Origin: the human T2T-CHM13v2.0 reference genome, Homo sapiens
Reading direction: 5' to 3' (one strand)
DNA: 64,000 nucleotides
Assembly: GCF_009914755.1 (NCBI RefSeq)
Contig: NC_060939.1
The notes under the pieces are model-generated. The model searched no databases. It was not told where the DNA came from and saw nothing but the letters and a program-made list of their open reading frames with translations. This document shows, one piece after another, positions 62,932 to 64,000 of the stretch. Position 1 is the stretch's first letter; every line of letters starts with the position of its first letter. The translations under genes and the position numbers were made by a program.

Positions 62932-63293
62932 TGAGATGGGAAAATAGGGTCTGGAGGCAGGGAACATTAGGCCGATTCACACTTCAGCTATGACAGGAAA
63001 TATCCTCTCCATAGGGCATACACCAAGTAAATGACTTTGTAACTTTACTTCACCTCTCCATTCACATAGGGTATACACCAAGTAACCAATGGAAGCCTCT
63101 AGAGGGTATTGAAACCCCCACAAATTCTATAACGGTGCCCTTGAGCCCCTACGCTAGGGCCCGCCACCACACTGTGGAGTGTACTTTCATTTTCAATAAA
63201 TCTCTGACTTCATCCCTTCCTTGCTTTGTCTGTGTGTTTTGTCCAGTTCTTTGTTCAAGATGCCAAGAACCTGGACACCCTCCACCAGTAACA
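62932..63293 (+). mobile_element. MER61-type ERV1 solo LTR nested inside a minus-strand AluJ (~62850-63511)
   Basis: TG...CA termini; aatagggtctggaggcagggaac, ccaat box, aataaa, gatgccaagaacctggacaccctccacc; Alu sequence resumes after it. Confidence 0.8.
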
Positions 63294-63849
63294 CAGCCTC
63301 AAACTCCCAGGTTCAAGTAGATGCTCCCATCTCAGCCTCCCAAGTAGCTAGGACTATACAGGTATGTGCCACCCTGCCCAGCTAATTTCTTTTTAAGAGT
63401 CGGGGTCTTGCTAGTTTGGTAGGCTGGTCTCAAACTTCTGGGCTCAAGTGATTCACCCACCTCGGCCTCCCAAAGTGCTGGGATTACAGGTGTGAGCCAC
63501 TGTACACAGCCTAAAGATTATTTTATTAAAGGACTGAATAACCAACTATATAAGGGAGAAAGTGTAGGATAGCTCACAGGTTTCTGGTTTAAGTGACTGG
63601 GTAACTGGAAGAATTCTATATGAAACAAGAAGTAGGTGAGGGCTTTGTGATAAGAAAAACTGGCTGAAGCCTAAAAAGCATTCTTTCTCCACTGTGTGAA
63701 AGCTTCCCTCCTTCCCTTTGCCTGCTCCCATCTTCTAACAGATTACAAAAAAAAGTAAAATACATTACTGACTTGGGACAACTTACCATACTTGAATTTC
63801 TCAAATCAATAAGCCCACTTTAATCAGGCCCCAGTTTAATGCTTTGTTT

Positions 63850-64000
63850 ACTTCCTTCAAGGAAAGATAACATTGAAACCAGCCAATTATCCCACAGAAC
63901 TGATCTTTATGGTTTCTCTGAATAAATACAGAAATTGATCCTCACAGTCTTAAAACTTGAGAAAGTTCTATTTGTGTTATCTAAGCTCCTTTCTTAGGAA
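63850..64000 (+). mobile_element. MER39/MER34-like ERV1 LTR fragment running off the window
   Basis: agaactgatctttatggtttctctgaataaa...gtcttaaaacttgagaaagtt... Confidence 0.55.

Overview
Human (primate) genomic DNA, Alu-dense (roughly a quarter to a third of the window by eye), covering the tail-to-tail PIGB/CCPG1 locus (15q21.3 from established knowledge). Plus strand: the last 7 coding exons of PIGB (GPI mannosyltransferase III; exons 6-12, stop at 24618-24620). Minus strand: the complete coding sequence of the ER-phagy receptor CCPG1 (ATG at 58649). Its 8 hand-assembled coding exons total 2424 nt (807 aa); read-through of the 28727 donor gives 2274 nt (757 aa). Also present: intronic MIR628, a tailless 5S rRNA retrocopy, a full-length Tigger1, several Tigger/hAT derivatives, MaLR/ERV1 LTRs, L1/L2 fragments and a (GT)25 microsatellite. 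Nearly all short ORFs in the track are Alu or repeat artefacts. I see no wholly new gene system. The best lead is a 96-nt, frame-preserving, Trp-rich candidate cassette exon in CCPG1 intron 5 (43336-43431), absent from the ORF track, with weak splice sites, a hairpin over its donor, a downstream UGCAUG and MIR628 in the same intron. The second lead is the interlocked 3' ends of PIGB and CCPG1. Repeat boundaries and subfamily names were read by eye and are approximate.
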